Below, piece by piece: positions 9,100 to 18,658 of a DNA stretch of 25,025 bases. The stretch lies in NCBI GenBank assembly GCA_039919985.1, contig JBDSEP010000029.1:1-25025 (forward strand). Direction: 5' to 3'. Made by a program: the position numbers and the translations under genes. The notes beneath the pieces were generated by a model. That model was not told the origin of the DNA. It saw nothing but the letters and a program-made list of their open reading frames with translations, and ran no database searches. Origin of the DNA: Tepidiformaceae bacterium. Lineage in GTDB: Bacteria > Chloroflexota > Dehalococcoidia > Tepidiformales > Tepidiformaceae. The first letter of the stretch is position 1, and every line of letters begins with the position of its first letter.

Positions 9100-9205
9100 G
9101 GACGGTTCGCAAAGGGGGGCTACCGACATCGTGCGGGATTCGCCCTCGATCGCGCGCGGACAGTATGCTTCGCCTCTAATCGGCTCTGCGGAGGCGCGTC
9201 GCGCA

Positions 9206-10728
<1,523 letters not shown>

Positions 10729-10747
<19 letters not shown>

Positions 10748-11253
10748 TCCGCGACGAGGACGCCGACATCGCCTACGAAGTTGACCGCGCCGACGACGCC
10801 ATTCGCGTGCGCCGGGACGGGACGCAACCGTGGAAGACGGTGCAGCTCGAGAAGGTTGGCGATTCTGGCCTCTATCTGTTGATGGTTGATAACCGACCCA
10901 CCGAGCTCTACCTCGAGCGGCGCCGAGGCGGCGCAATCGTCACGATTGGTCGCCACATCTGGGATTACGACGTTGAGCGCTGGCGTCCGCAATCCGCAAC
11001 TCGCAAGGCGGAGGCTGGCGTAAGTGGTTCGAAGCGGCTGGTCGCTCCGATGACCGGTTCGATCGTGGAAGTGAAATGCGCACCCGGCGACGTCGTGTCT
11101 TCGGGGCAGGTTTTGCTCGTGATCGAGTCGATGAAAATGAACAACGAGCTGCGCTCCCCGGCGGATGGGGTAGTGGAGAGTGTGCCGGTAGCCGCTGGCC
11201 AGCGGGTGAGCGCCGGAGCGCTGCTCGTCGCGATTCAGCGCTCCGAGACGTAG
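10729..11253 (+). CDS. Biotin carboxyl carrier protein with N-terminal BT-like domain
   Basis: APMTGSIVEV...ESMKMNNEL (biotinylated Lys). Probable TTG start at 10729 after a G-rich SD, overlapping the accC end. Start uncertain (ORF open from 10681). Confidence 0.85.
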
Positions 11254-11277
11254 AGGCAGTCGGCCTACGTTTCGCGC

Positions 11278-11306
11278 TTGCCCGCCCAATCAACCTACCG
11301 TACGGT
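11278..11306 (+). promoter_or_regulatory. Sigma70-type promoter of SRP RNA (TTGCCC-N17-TACGGT)
   Basis: Spacing is canonical and predicts +1 at about 11313, the 5' end of the SRP terminal stem. Confidence 0.6.
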
Positions 11307-11312
11307 TGCAAG

Positions 11313-11583
11313 TGGCTGTGCTAGACGGGGAGCTAGCGGTGCCCTGTACCCGCAATCCGCTATAGCGGGGTTGAATTCCTGCTCGAGGGCTGGTTCGTTG
11401 GGGACTGTCCTTGCCAAGCGGCGTTGACGATCTGGTCCTGCGCGGCGGAGCGCCACGAACCTGGTCAGGTCCGGAAGGAAGCAGCCATAAGTGGAATGCT
11501 TCGGGTGCCGTGGGCCAACCGGATCAGAGTTTGCTGGCAAAGGACAAGCCCGATTGGGCAGCTCGACAGCAGGTGCACGGCCA
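11313..11583 (+). ncRNA. ffs: Signal recognition particle RNA, large bacterial type with Alu domain (~271 nt)
   Basis: Helix 8 GTCAGGTCCGGAAGGAAGCAGC. The 5' Alu segment GGGGAGCTAGCGGTGCCCTGTACCCGCAATCCGCTATAGC closely resembles B. subtilis scRNA. Ends TGGCTGTGC and GCACGGCCA pair. Confidence 0.95.
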
Positions 11584-11629
11584 TACTCATCTCCAAGACG
11601 GGACGCTCAACGCGGCATACCATCGGTCT

Positions 11630-12463
11630 GTGCCTCGCCCCCAGCGCCCTCGACTCTCTGGTCCCCGGCCGCGCAAGGCGCTTGGGCAGCACTTCCTGCG
11701 TGATAGCGGCGTCCTTGCGGACATCGTCGCCGCCGTCCGACAGCCCCTCGGCGGGATAACCGTTGAGATCGGCGCAGGCACCGGCCAGCTAACAGCCGGG
11801 CTGCTCGCAGCGGGTCACACAGTGGTGGCGCTCGAAGTGGAAGAGCGCCTGATCCCGCACCTTACAGAGCGTTTTCGCGGCGCACCGAACCTGCGGGTCG
11901 TGGTCGCAGATGCGCGCGACATCGATTACGGGGCCATCATCCCCGACGGCGCGCCATTTTGCGTGGTCGGCAACCTTCCCTACTTCGCCGCAAATCCGAT
12001 CATCCGGCACATCCTGGAAGGCACGCCTAAGCCCAGCGAGGCGGTGGTCATGGTGCAGCGCGAGGTTGCGCGAGAACTCGCCGCGAAGACTGGCCAGGCC
12101 TCGCTGCTCACCATTTCGGTGCAGGTTTATGCCGCTGCCGAGTTGCTCTTTGATGTGCCGCCGATTGCCTTCGATCCGCCGCCCGCCGTCTACTCCTCGG
12201 TGGTCCGCCTCACGCTGCACGCTCAGCCTCGCGTGGCGGTCACCGAACTTGAGGCATTCTTCGCACTGGTGTCGAAGACCTTCCGGAACCCGCGGAAGCA
12301 AATTCACAATGCTCTCTCTCGCGAGTCGGGGCTGACGGCGGAGGAGGCAGAGAGCGCCTTACGCGTCGCGGGCGTGGATCCCAAGCGCCGCGCCGAGACG
12401 CTAAGCATTGACGAGTGGCTGGCGCTGCTGGCCGCCACTCGCGAGGTGCAGACCGGTGCTTGA
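11630..12463 (+). CDS. rsmA: 16S rRNA (adenine-N6)-dimethyltransferase RsmA/KsgA
   Basis: KALGQHFL, EIGAGTG, GNLPY, MVQREVA, F.PPP.V.S, RRAETLS. The real start must lie after the SRP RNA, so GTG 11630 is chosen; the ORF-track start at 11411 overlaps the RNA. Confidence 0.92.
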   Translation: MPRPQRPRLSGPRPRKALGQHFLRDSGVLADIVAAVRQPLGGITVEIGAGTGQLTAGLLAAGHTVVALEVEERLIPHLTERFRGAPNLRVVVADARDIDYGAIIPDGAPFCVVGNLPYFAANPIIRHILEGTPKPSEAVVMVQREVARELAAKTGQASLLTISVQVYAAAELLFDVPPIAFDPPPAVYSSVVRLTLHAQPRVAVTELEAFFALVSKTFRNPRKQIHNALSRESGLTAEEAESALRVAGVDPKRRAETLSIDEWLALLAATREVQTGA

Positions 12464-13316
12464 GACTTACGTTGGGCGGGCACCGGCAAAGCTCAACCTC
12501 ATACTCGAAGTCACAGCCAAACGCCCCGACGGCTATCACGAAGTCGACACGATCCTCCAGGAACTCGAACTCGCGGACGAAGTGCGGCTGACGCTTGGCC
12601 TAGGGCACGGCGTTCGGGTCCAGGGCCCGTTCGCAAGAGGTGTGCCGCGCGGTAAGTCGAATCTCGCTCTGCAGGCGGCGTCACTGCTCGCGGTACGACT
12701 CGGTCGCCCTGAAGCTGCCGTAACGATAGACCTCGTGAAGAACATTCCTGCCGCTGGGGGACTGGGCGGCGGAGCCGCAGACGCGGTGACAGTGCTGCGC
12801 CTCCTGCAGGGGCCGTGGAGTGCATCCGAAGGCGACGTGCTTGCAATAGCCAACCAACTCGGGAGCGACGAGGCGTTTCTCCTCCAGGGCGGGACAGCAC
12901 GCGCACGGGGCCGCGGGGAGCAAGTCGAAAGACTCCCTCCACTCGACCGGCACGGTGTCGTCTTGTTCGTCCCGCCGGCGACCATCGAACAGAAGACAGC
13001 GCGAATGTTCGCGGCGCTTGGCCGTATGCCGTTCGACCCGGGCGGCGTCGCGGATGCCTTCGTGACACTCGAAACGAGGAGTTTCACCAGCTGCGACGCT
13101 TATAACGCCTTCGAGCGGGTGGCGTTCGATCTCTTCGCGGGGCTCCACAGTCTTTGCAGCGACCTCGAGTCCCGCGTGGGCGACGCAGTGCGGCTCTGCG
13201 GGGCGGGGCCAACCCTATTCTGGATCGGCCGATCGGCGGCCGCAGCGAGAGTTGCTAAGGCTGCGGCTGGCGCGGACTGCACGGTGATCCTCACAGCGAC
13301 GGCGAGCGCGCACTGA
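12456..13316 (+). CDS. ispE: 4-diphosphocytidyl-2-C-methyl-D-erythritol kinase (GHMP family), divergent
   Basis: APAKLNL, RPDGYHE, KNIPAAGGLGGG..DA, GSD. It follows rsmA, a well-known neighbour. GTG 12456 comes after GAGG and overlaps the rsmA stop. Confidence 0.85.
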   Translation: MLETYVGRAPAKLNLILEVTAKRPDGYHEVDTILQELELADEVRLTLGLGHGVRVQGPFARGVPRGKSNLALQAASLLAVRLGRPEAAVTIDLVKNIPAAGGLGGGAADAVTVLRLLQGPWSASEGDVLAIANQLGSDEAFLLQGGTARARGRGEQVERLPPLDRHGVVLFVPPATIEQKTARMFAALGRMPFDPGGVADAFVTLETRSFTSCDAYNAFERVAFDLFAGLHSLCSDLESRVGDAVRLCGAGPTLFWIGRSAAAARVAKAAAGADCTVILTATASAH

Positions 13317-13321
13317 ACGCG

Positions 13322-13726
13322 GTGCTCGCGGGCTGGGCGGCGGGTTACGCGTTGGGTCTCGTGACCACATTTGCCTTCATCCTGCTGCTCACCAGGACTC
13401 GCGACACGACGATCATCGAACGCTGGGTGCCGCGGGATGTCCCGGGCGCGGTGCTCGCGATACCGCTTTTCACGGGAGCCGCCATCGGGTGGTCGTTCTT
13501 GGGCCTGCTACTGGGTTCGTTCTATGAAGTGGGGGGCTTCGCGACGAAGCCCGGCTTCGCGGGCGCACCAAGCGGCGCTTTTGCCCTCCTCATCCTCGCT
13601 TTCGCATGGCTGCCGCTTGTTCCCCTGCTGGTGTTCGCGCGCCGCTTCTGGCCACTCTGGTCTGGGCTCGCGTTCAGCTTCATCGCGGCCTTCGGCTGGT
13701 TAATGCCCCTCCTCGCGGAGCGATGA
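13322..13726 (+). CDS. Hypothetical integral membrane protein (about 4 TM segments)
   Basis: Starts 5 nt after ispE, same strand, with four hydrophobic stretches. No recognisable family. Confidence 0.7.
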   Translation: MLAGWAAGYALGLVTTFAFILLLTRTRDTTIIERWVPRDVPGAVLAIPLFTGAAIGWSFLGLLLGSFYEVGGFATKPGFAGAPSGAFALLILAFAWLPLVPLLVFARRFWPLWSGLAFSFIAAFGWLMPLLAER

Positions 13727-13732
13727 TATACT
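13724..13732 (+). promoter_or_regulatory. Extended -10 promoter (TG-A-TATACT) for the PHP gene
   Basis: TGnTATACT overlaps the stop codon of the upstream gene, about 40 nt before the PHP start. Confidence 0.55.
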
Positions 13733-13774
13733 CGGTTGACTCGTGAAACTCTGAACAATCGAAGGGGGCGCACT

Positions 13775-14488
13775 GTGCCGGGCACCATTATCGACATGCA
13801 CCTCCACACCACTGCCGGTGCATCAGATTCGATGCTCAACCCCGACGACCTCATCGCCGAGGCCCGCCGGGTGGGCCTCACGGGCGTCAACATCACGGAA
13901 CATGACCGGATGTGGGAGTCGTGGGACCTGGCCCCGTTTCGCAAGAAGCACGAGGGGATCTTCGTCTCGAACGGGATGGAGGTTTCGACGGACATGGGTC
14001 ACATCCTCGCCATCGGGTTGAAGGGTTACGAGAGCGGCATTCGGCGGCTGGAGAAGCTTCGCCAGGTAGCGGACGATCAGGGTGCCTTTCTTGTGGTGGC
14101 GCACGCCTTTCGCCACTTCTTTGACCCCGTGCACTTTAAGCGCGAAGGGAAAGAGCCGTTCAACCTAACTCCTGAACAGGCGGCGAAACTTCCGGTGTTC
14201 CAGCTTGTCCATGGCATAGAGGTTCTGAACGGCTGTAACACCCCTCGCGAAAACTACTTTGCGCTGCAAGTCGCGAAAATCCTCGGCAAACCGGGCACCG
14301 GCGGCTCGGACGCCCACTCCACGCAGGGCATCGGCTACTTTACGGCGGTCTTCGAAGAGGACCTCGAAACCCCGGCGCAGATGGTGGAGCAGATGCACAA
14401 GGGCCGCTTCTTCCCCGGCCGCGGGCTGGCGGAGGGCAAGCTGAACAACTTCTGGGAAACCGCCGAGCCCATAGCGTTCTATGACTGA
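13775..14488 (+). CDS. PHP-domain metal-dependent phosphoesterase
   Basis: DMHLHT, TEHD, GMEV, GHIL, AHAFR, EVLNG, GGSDAH. GTG at 13775 after GAAGGGGG. Confidence 0.9.
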   Translation: MPGTIIDMHLHTTAGASDSMLNPDDLIAEARRVGLTGVNITEHDRMWESWDLAPFRKKHEGIFVSNGMEVSTDMGHILAIGLKGYESGIRRLEKLRQVADDQGAFLVVAHAFRHFFDPVHFKREGKEPFNLTPEQAAKLPVFQLVHGIEVLNGCNTPRENYFALQVAKILGKPGTGGSDAHSTQGIGYFTAVFEEDLETPAQMVEQMHKGRFFPGRGLAEGKLNNFWETAEPIAFYD

Positions 14489-14557
14489 CGCCAACCCACT
14501 GCGCGAGGTTCCCTGTGAGAGTCGAACCACGAGAGCACGAGTTCGGCGCGGCCCGGC

Positions 14558-15829
14558 ATGAGCGCATCCGCGGCTGTGCCCGAAAGGACCCAGACGTTTA
14601 AGAAGCATTGGACGGCCATCACGGCGATGGCCCTCTTCTGTGTTCCGGGCGTGGCCCTGTACGCTTCTGGCACACATCTAACGCCCGTAGTGGGGGCGAT
14701 GATCTTCGGCGTCGCCATCCTCGCCGCCGCCTTTTTGTTGAGTTGGGCTGCCGAGACCGCCGAATTGGATATCTCGCAGGGGCTGGCGCTGGCCGTCATC
14801 GCGATCATAGCGGTCCTCCCGGAGTACGCCGTCGATTTCGTTCTGGCCTGGCAAGCCGGCGCAGACCCCGCCGAAGCCGAAAAGGGCCTGGCGGTCGCCA
14901 ACATGACTGGCGGCAACCGTCTCCTGATCGGTCTTGGCTGGCCTATCGTCTTCTTTCTCTTCGTCTACCGAACTCGCCTGAAGGAGCTCGTGGTCGATCG
15001 GCAGCGAAGCTTGGAGCTGGTCTTCCTGAGTATCGCCACCCTCTACGTCATCCTCATTCCGCTACGCCACAGCGTCAGCCTGATTGACACGATCATCCTC
15101 GTCTCGCTGTTCATCAGCTATCTCTACTTCACATCGAAAGTGGAGAGTGAGCACGTGGAGCTCGTGGGGCCAGCTCAGGCCATGGGTTCTCTCTCGAACA
15201 AACCGAGACGCACGCTGGTGGTGCTTGTGCTCGTCTACGCGGCTGTGACGATCTTCGTGGTCGCCCATCCCTTCGCGGAGGCACTCGTCAATATCGGCGA
15301 GGATTTCGGAGTGTCCGAGTTCCTCCTGATTCAATGGCTTGCGCCACTCGCCTCGGAATCACCTGAGGTGGTGGTTGCCTGCCTGTTGGCGTGGCGAGGG
15401 CGTGCCGCCGCCGGCATGGGAGTGCTCATCTCGTCCAAGGTGAACCAGTGGACGCTGCTAATCGGCACGCTCCCGATCGCCTTCTTGCTTTCGTCTGGCG
15501 ACTTTGGTCTCACCCTGGGCTTGCCGTTGGACGACCGCCAGCGCGAAGAGATTTTCCTCACTGCCGCGCAATCTGCCTTCGCGATCGCCGTCTTCGCCAA
15601 CCTGAAGATGGGGACGAAAGAAGCGATAGCGCTCTTTGTGCTGTTCGCAACCCAACTCTTTATCACCAGTGAGCAGGTACGAATCTGGTACGCGGCCGCC
15701 TATACCGCGCTCTGCATCATTATTCTCTTCCTCAACCGCGCCGATCTCCCGGTCACAATCTCGGCTGCATGGGACGTAATGCGCGGGAAGCCCGTTCGGG
15801 ACGATGTATTCGACGCCCACCAGGTCTAA
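14558..15829 (+). CDS. Sodium/calcium exchanger (CaCA) family antiporter
   Basis: Alpha-1 repeat AVLPEYAVD...ANMTGGN, alpha-2 repeat PLASESPE...SSKVNQ, about 10-11 TM segments. Confidence 0.88.
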   Translation: MSASAAVPERTQTFKKHWTAITAMALFCVPGVALYASGTHLTPVVGAMIFGVAILAAAFLLSWAAETAELDISQGLALAVIAIIAVLPEYAVDFVLAWQAGADPAEAEKGLAVANMTGGNRLLIGLGWPIVFFLFVYRTRLKELVVDRQRSLELVFLSIATLYVILIPLRHSVSLIDTIILVSLFISYLYFTSKVESEHVELVGPAQAMGSLSNKPRRTLVVLVLVYAAVTIFVVAHPFAEALVNIGEDFGVSEFLLIQWLAPLASESPEVVVACLLAWRGRAAAGMGVLISSKVNQWTLLIGTLPIAFLLSSGDFGLTLGLPLDDRQREEIFLTAAQSAFAIAVFANLKMGTKEAIALFVLFATQLFITSEQVRIWYAAAYTALCIIILFLNRADLPVTISAAWDVMRGKPVRDDVFDAHQV

Positions 15830-15845
15830 CCCTCGCGAGCGCGAG

Positions 15846-15879
15846 AAAAAAAAGGGCCCCTCCAGTTGGAGGAGCCCTT
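15846..15879 (-). terminator. Intrinsic terminator of the tRNA-Leu/tRNA-Arg operon (possibly bidirectional)
   Basis: Minus strand AAGGGCTCCTCC-AACT-GGAGGGGCCCTT (12 bp including one G-U) followed by a U run. Confidence 0.85.
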
Positions 15880-15889
15880 CTCATTCGAG

Positions 15890-15965
15890 TGGTACGCCCG
15901 GGTGGACTCGAACCACCGACCTTTAGGTCCGCAACCTAACACTCTATCCGCTGAGCTACGGGCGC
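15890..15965 (-). tRNA. tRNA-Arg (anticodon GCG)
   Basis: Full cloverleaf: acceptor GCGCCCG/CGGGCGU, anticodon arm UUAGG-UUGCGGA-CCUAA, T-loop UUCGAGU, A20 Arg identity base, encoded CCA. Confidence 0.95.
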
Positions 15966-15979
15966 CCGAATCCGGGCCC

Positions 15980-16065
15980 TGGTGCCGAAGGCGAGATTTG
16001 AACTCGCACGCCCGTGAGGACACTACGCCCTGAACGTAGCGCGTCTGCCATTCCGCCACTTCGGC
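15980..16065 (-). tRNA. tRNA-Leu (anticodon CAG)
   Basis: GCCGAAG acceptor, anticodon arm CUACG-UUCAGGG-CGUAG, long variable arm, A73 and CCA. Confidence 0.95.
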
Positions 16066-16074
16066 TCCTTCGCC

Positions 16075-16103
16075 ATTATGGGCGCGCGGCCCGGAGCGTT
16101 CAA
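16075..16103 (-). promoter_or_regulatory. Sigma70 promoter for tRNA-Leu/Arg (TTGAAC-N17-CATAAT)
   Basis: Canonical spacing directly upstream of tRNA-Leu. Confidence 0.75.
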
Positions 16104-16125
16104 CCTAATCGGGCCGGTGCAGAGG

Positions 16126-16154
16126 TTGAACGGGGCTGCGCTTCGCACTAGACT
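16126..16154 (+). promoter_or_regulatory. Sigma70 promoter for tRNA-Val (TTGAAC-N17-TAGACT)
   Basis: Canonical spacing, 9 nt upstream of tRNA-Val. Confidence 0.75.
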
Positions 16155-16163
16155 GCGAACTCC

Positions 16164-16240
16164 GGGCGGTTAGCTCAGTTGGTTAGAGCGCGTCGTTCAC
16201 ACCGACGAGGTCACTGGTTCGAGTCCAGTACCGCCCACCA
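16164..16240 (+). tRNA. tRNA-Val (anticodon CAC)
   Basis: GGGCGGU/ACCGCCC acceptor, anticodon arm CGUCG-UUCACAC-CGACG, T-loop UUCGAGU, encoded CCA. Confidence 0.95.
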
Positions 16241-16279
16241 GCATCCCGGACTCTTGTAGATCGCGCGTGAAGGGGCGCG

Positions 16280-17068
16280 CTACTTTCCCGACCACGTAAG
16301 CCGTGGTGTCCGAGCGAGGCCGAGCGCGTAGACCGCAGCAGCCAGCGCCCCGAGCACCGCGAAATCGAGAGCAAGCCCGAAGAAGCCGGCGGTGCCGTTG
16401 GCGTAGGCGGCGAGTTCGAGCGCATCGACTGCGTACGATAGTGGATTTACCCGCGCGAAGATCTCGAGCCAGAATGGCAGGTGTTCGACAGGGAAGAACG
16501 CTCCGGAGAAGAAGAGCAGCGGAAAGAGCGCGAGGTTCATGATGAGGTGGAAGCCTTGCATGGTCTCCACGCGGGAGGCGAGCGCCTGGGCCACGCCGGC
16601 GAGCATGACGTTGAGGAGCAGGATCGTGCAGATCGCTATGGCGGCACCCCGTAACAGGCCGTACTGCCATTCGAATTCGACGAATGGACTTGCCATTAGC
16701 AGAACTGCCGACGCCTGCACCGCACCAATGCAGACTCCAGCGAGCGATTTCCCGAAGAGCACTGTGCGAGCTGAGTTGGGCGAGGAGAGCAAAATCCGCA
16801 GCACCCCGCTGTTGCGGTCCGTGAAGTACGAAGCGCTGGAGAAGGTGGCCGAGAACACCGAGGTCATCACGACTACGCCGGCCACCAGGTAGGCCGTGAA
16901 ATTACCCGCGCGAAGGTTGGCGGGAGCGAGCCCCTCGGATACGCCGTTGCCAAGGAAGACCAGGAACAGCAGCGGAGTCAGCATCGACGAGTAGAGTTGC
17001 GAACGCGAGCGGGCGACCGCGCGGATGTCACGTCGGAAGAGCGCGCCAGCAGCACCGATTGCGCTCAC
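16280..17068 (-). CDS. ABC-2 type exporter permease (DrrB-like)
   Basis: Six TM segments, FFSGAFFP and NPLSYAVDA motifs; GTGA overlap with the upstream ATPase gene. Confidence 0.9.
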   Translation of the reverse strand: MSAIGAAGALFRRDIRAVARSRSQLYSSMLTPLLFLVFLGNGVSEGLAPANLRAGNFTAYLVAGVVVMTSVFSATFSSASYFTDRNSGVLRILLSSPNSARTVLFGKSLAGVCIGAVQASAVLLMASPFVEFEWQYGLLRGAAIAICTILLLNVMLAGVAQALASRVETMQGFHLIMNLALFPLLFFSGAFFPVEHLPFWLEIFARVNPLSYAVDALELAAYANGTAGFFGLALDFAVLGALAAAVYALGLARTPRLTWSGK

Positions 17069-18003
17069 GTCGGGCCCCCGGCCGGGACTGGAAGTCGCCG
17101 GGAAACGTGCTGGAAGTAGGCATCTTCGAGCGAGGCGGTCTCGATGGAGATGCTGCGAATTTCCCCTGGGGCGAGGGCGAAGAGTCGCGGAACGAAGCTC
17201 GAAGCGTCATCGACCGTGATATGCACCGTGCCGTCGAGCGCCGCGACCTCTCCGCCGTCCGCCCAATTCGCCAGAGTTTCGAGATGGGCGTCACTTGGCG
17301 ACGCCCAACTGACGCGCACTGACTCACGCTTTAGGCCCTTCTTGAGCTCTGCAGGTGTGCCGATTGCCACGACGCGACCGCCCTGCAGGAATGCCACATA
17401 GTCGCAGACGTCGTCAGCCTCCTTGAGGTCGTTCGTGGCCAGCAGGATAGTGCGCGCGCCGTCTTTACGTTCGAGGAGGGTGGACCAGAGTGCCCGGCGC
17501 TCGTCCGGGTCGACGCCGGTCGTCGGCTCGTCAAGCAGCAGCAAATCCGGATTGTGCAGCAGGGCGCGACAGATCTCGAGTCGCCGGCGCATACCCCCGG
17601 AGAGCCGGGCGATTTTCTCCTCCTCGCGGCCCTCAAGTCCAAGTTCGCGGAGGAGCGCCGTCGATCGTTCGCGGATAAAGTCCGCCGGTAGACCGAAGAG
17701 CCTGCCCGCGAGGCGAAGGATTTCGTTCGCGCTCATGAGGGGGTCTAGGGCGTTCTCCTGGAAGACCGTCCCCACACGAGCACGCAGCTTCGCCGCTGGG
17801 GGTTCCCCAAAAACCGAAAGTGCCCCGCCCTGTGGCTTCTCCATCGCCGCCAACAACGAGACGAAGGTGCTTTTGCCGCTTCCGTTTGGACCGAGGAGGC
17901 CGAAGGTGGATCCTTCTGGGACTACAAGCGTAAGCCCGTCGAGCGCGCGGCGCTCGCCGTAGCTGAAGGTGACGCCGTTCGCGGCGATAACGTTCGTGGG
18001 CAT
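17065..18003 (-). CDS. ABC exporter ATP-binding protein (DrrA-like)
   Basis: GPNGSGKST, LSGGMRRR, LLLDEPTTGVD. ATG 18003 follows GGGAG; the ORF-track extension to 18366 overlaps yggT and is rejected. Confidence 0.9.
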   Translation of the reverse strand: MPTNVIAANGVTFSYGERRALDGLTLVVPEGSTFGLLGPNGSGKSTFVSLLAAMEKPQGGALSVFGEPPAAKLRARVGTVFQENALDPLMSANEILRLAGRLFGLPADFIRERSTALLRELGLEGREEEKIARLSGGMRRRLEICRALLHNPDLLLLDEPTTGVDPDERRALWSTLLERKDGARTILLATNDLKEADDVCDYVAFLQGGRVVAIGTPAELKKGLKRESVRVSWASPSDAHLETLANWADGGEVAALDGTVHITVDDASSFVPRLFALAPGEIRSISIETASLEDAYFQHVSRRLPVPAGGPT

Positions 18004-18050
18004 CTCCCGGAGTCTTGCACGCTCCACGGCCCCGAGCGAGAGATTGGTGG

Positions 18051-18314
18051 TCAGGCCGGGGCCGTGAGTCCGACTACCAGCTGGCTCATCACAATAAGGA
18101 CGATGATCGCGGCCATCGGACTGAGATCCATCATTCCCGTCTGAGGCATCACCCGGCGGATCGGTTCGATGATCGGCTCGGTGACGCGAAACAGGAGCTG
18201 GTAGAGGGGGCTGGCCTGATCGACCGGAAACCAGGTGAGCAGGGACCGCGCGACCACTGCCCACGTGAGCATGGTGAGGAAGAAGAGCGTGAACTGAGCG
18301 ACGTACGGGTCTAT
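18051..18314 (-). CDS. yggT: YggT-family membrane protein, second copy (start uncertain: ATA 18314 or ATG 18272)
   Basis: ARSLLTWFP...TEPIIEPIRRVMP..GMMDLSP motif; colinear with the adjacent paralogue. Confidence 0.8.
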   Translation of the reverse strand: MDPYVAQFTLFFLTMLTWAVVARSLLTWFPVDQASPLYQLLFRVTEPIIEPIRRVMPQTGMMDLSPMAAIIVLIVMSQLVVGLTAPA

Positions 18315-18356
18315 TGGAGGCCCCCGAAAGTCCCGCCTCGGCGGGATACGATGCAA

Positions 18357-18365
18357 AGGATACCA
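18357..18365 (-). promoter_or_regulatory. Extended -10 promoter (TG-G-TATCCT) upstream of the second yggT
   Basis: Lies in the yggT-yggT spacer and is followed by a 6-bp hairpin TCCCGC-CGAG-GCGGGA. Confidence 0.45.
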
Positions 18366-18397
18366 AACCTACGGAAAGAAGCGCGAAGGAACGCCAG

Positions 18398-18658
18398 CTA
18401 GCCGTCTGCAGCCTGGTTCACAGCGTAGATCATCACATAGAGCAGCAGGATCACCGCCATGGCTGAAAGGTCGATCATCCCGGTACGCGGGAGGATGCGC
18501 CGCACCGGGTCGAGCAGCGGCTCGGTGAACTGGTGCAGGGCCCGTACGAGCGGGTTTCGTGGGTCGAGGGGGAACCAGCTGATGAGCGAGCGGGCGATGA
18601 TTGCGAACATCAGGATGTAGAGGAAGGTAGTGAAAATCAGGGCGATCTGGTCGTTCAC
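18398..18658 (-). CDS. yggT: YggT-family membrane protein
   Basis: ARSLISWFP...TEPLLDPVRRILP..GMIDLS; GTGA overlap with proC. Confidence 0.88.
   Translation of the reverse strand: MNDQIALIFTTFLYILMFAIIARSLISWFPLDPRNPLVRALHQFTEPLLDPVRRILPRTGMIDLSAMAVILLLYVMIYAVNQAADG

Noticed and set aside
11411-11629. 73-aa N-terminal extension of RsmA in the ORF track
   Set aside because: It overlaps the SRP RNA; the family N-terminus starts near KALGQHFL.
14489-14557. Metal-sensing riboswitch before the CaCA antiporter
   Set aside because: Only a 5-bp GGTTC/GAACC stem; no yybP-ykoY, NiCo or fluoride consensus, and the spacer is short.
15826-16059. 77-aa minus-strand ORF
   Set aside because: It is a read-through of two tRNA genes.
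16164-16300. tRNA-Val as an integration site for an island carrying the ABC exporter
   Set aside because: No integrase, no duplicated tRNA 3' end seen in the window, and no evident compositional shift.
18004-18366. 121-aa N-terminal extension of the ABC ATPase
   Set aside because: It overlaps yggT in another frame, and ATG 18003 has a good SD.
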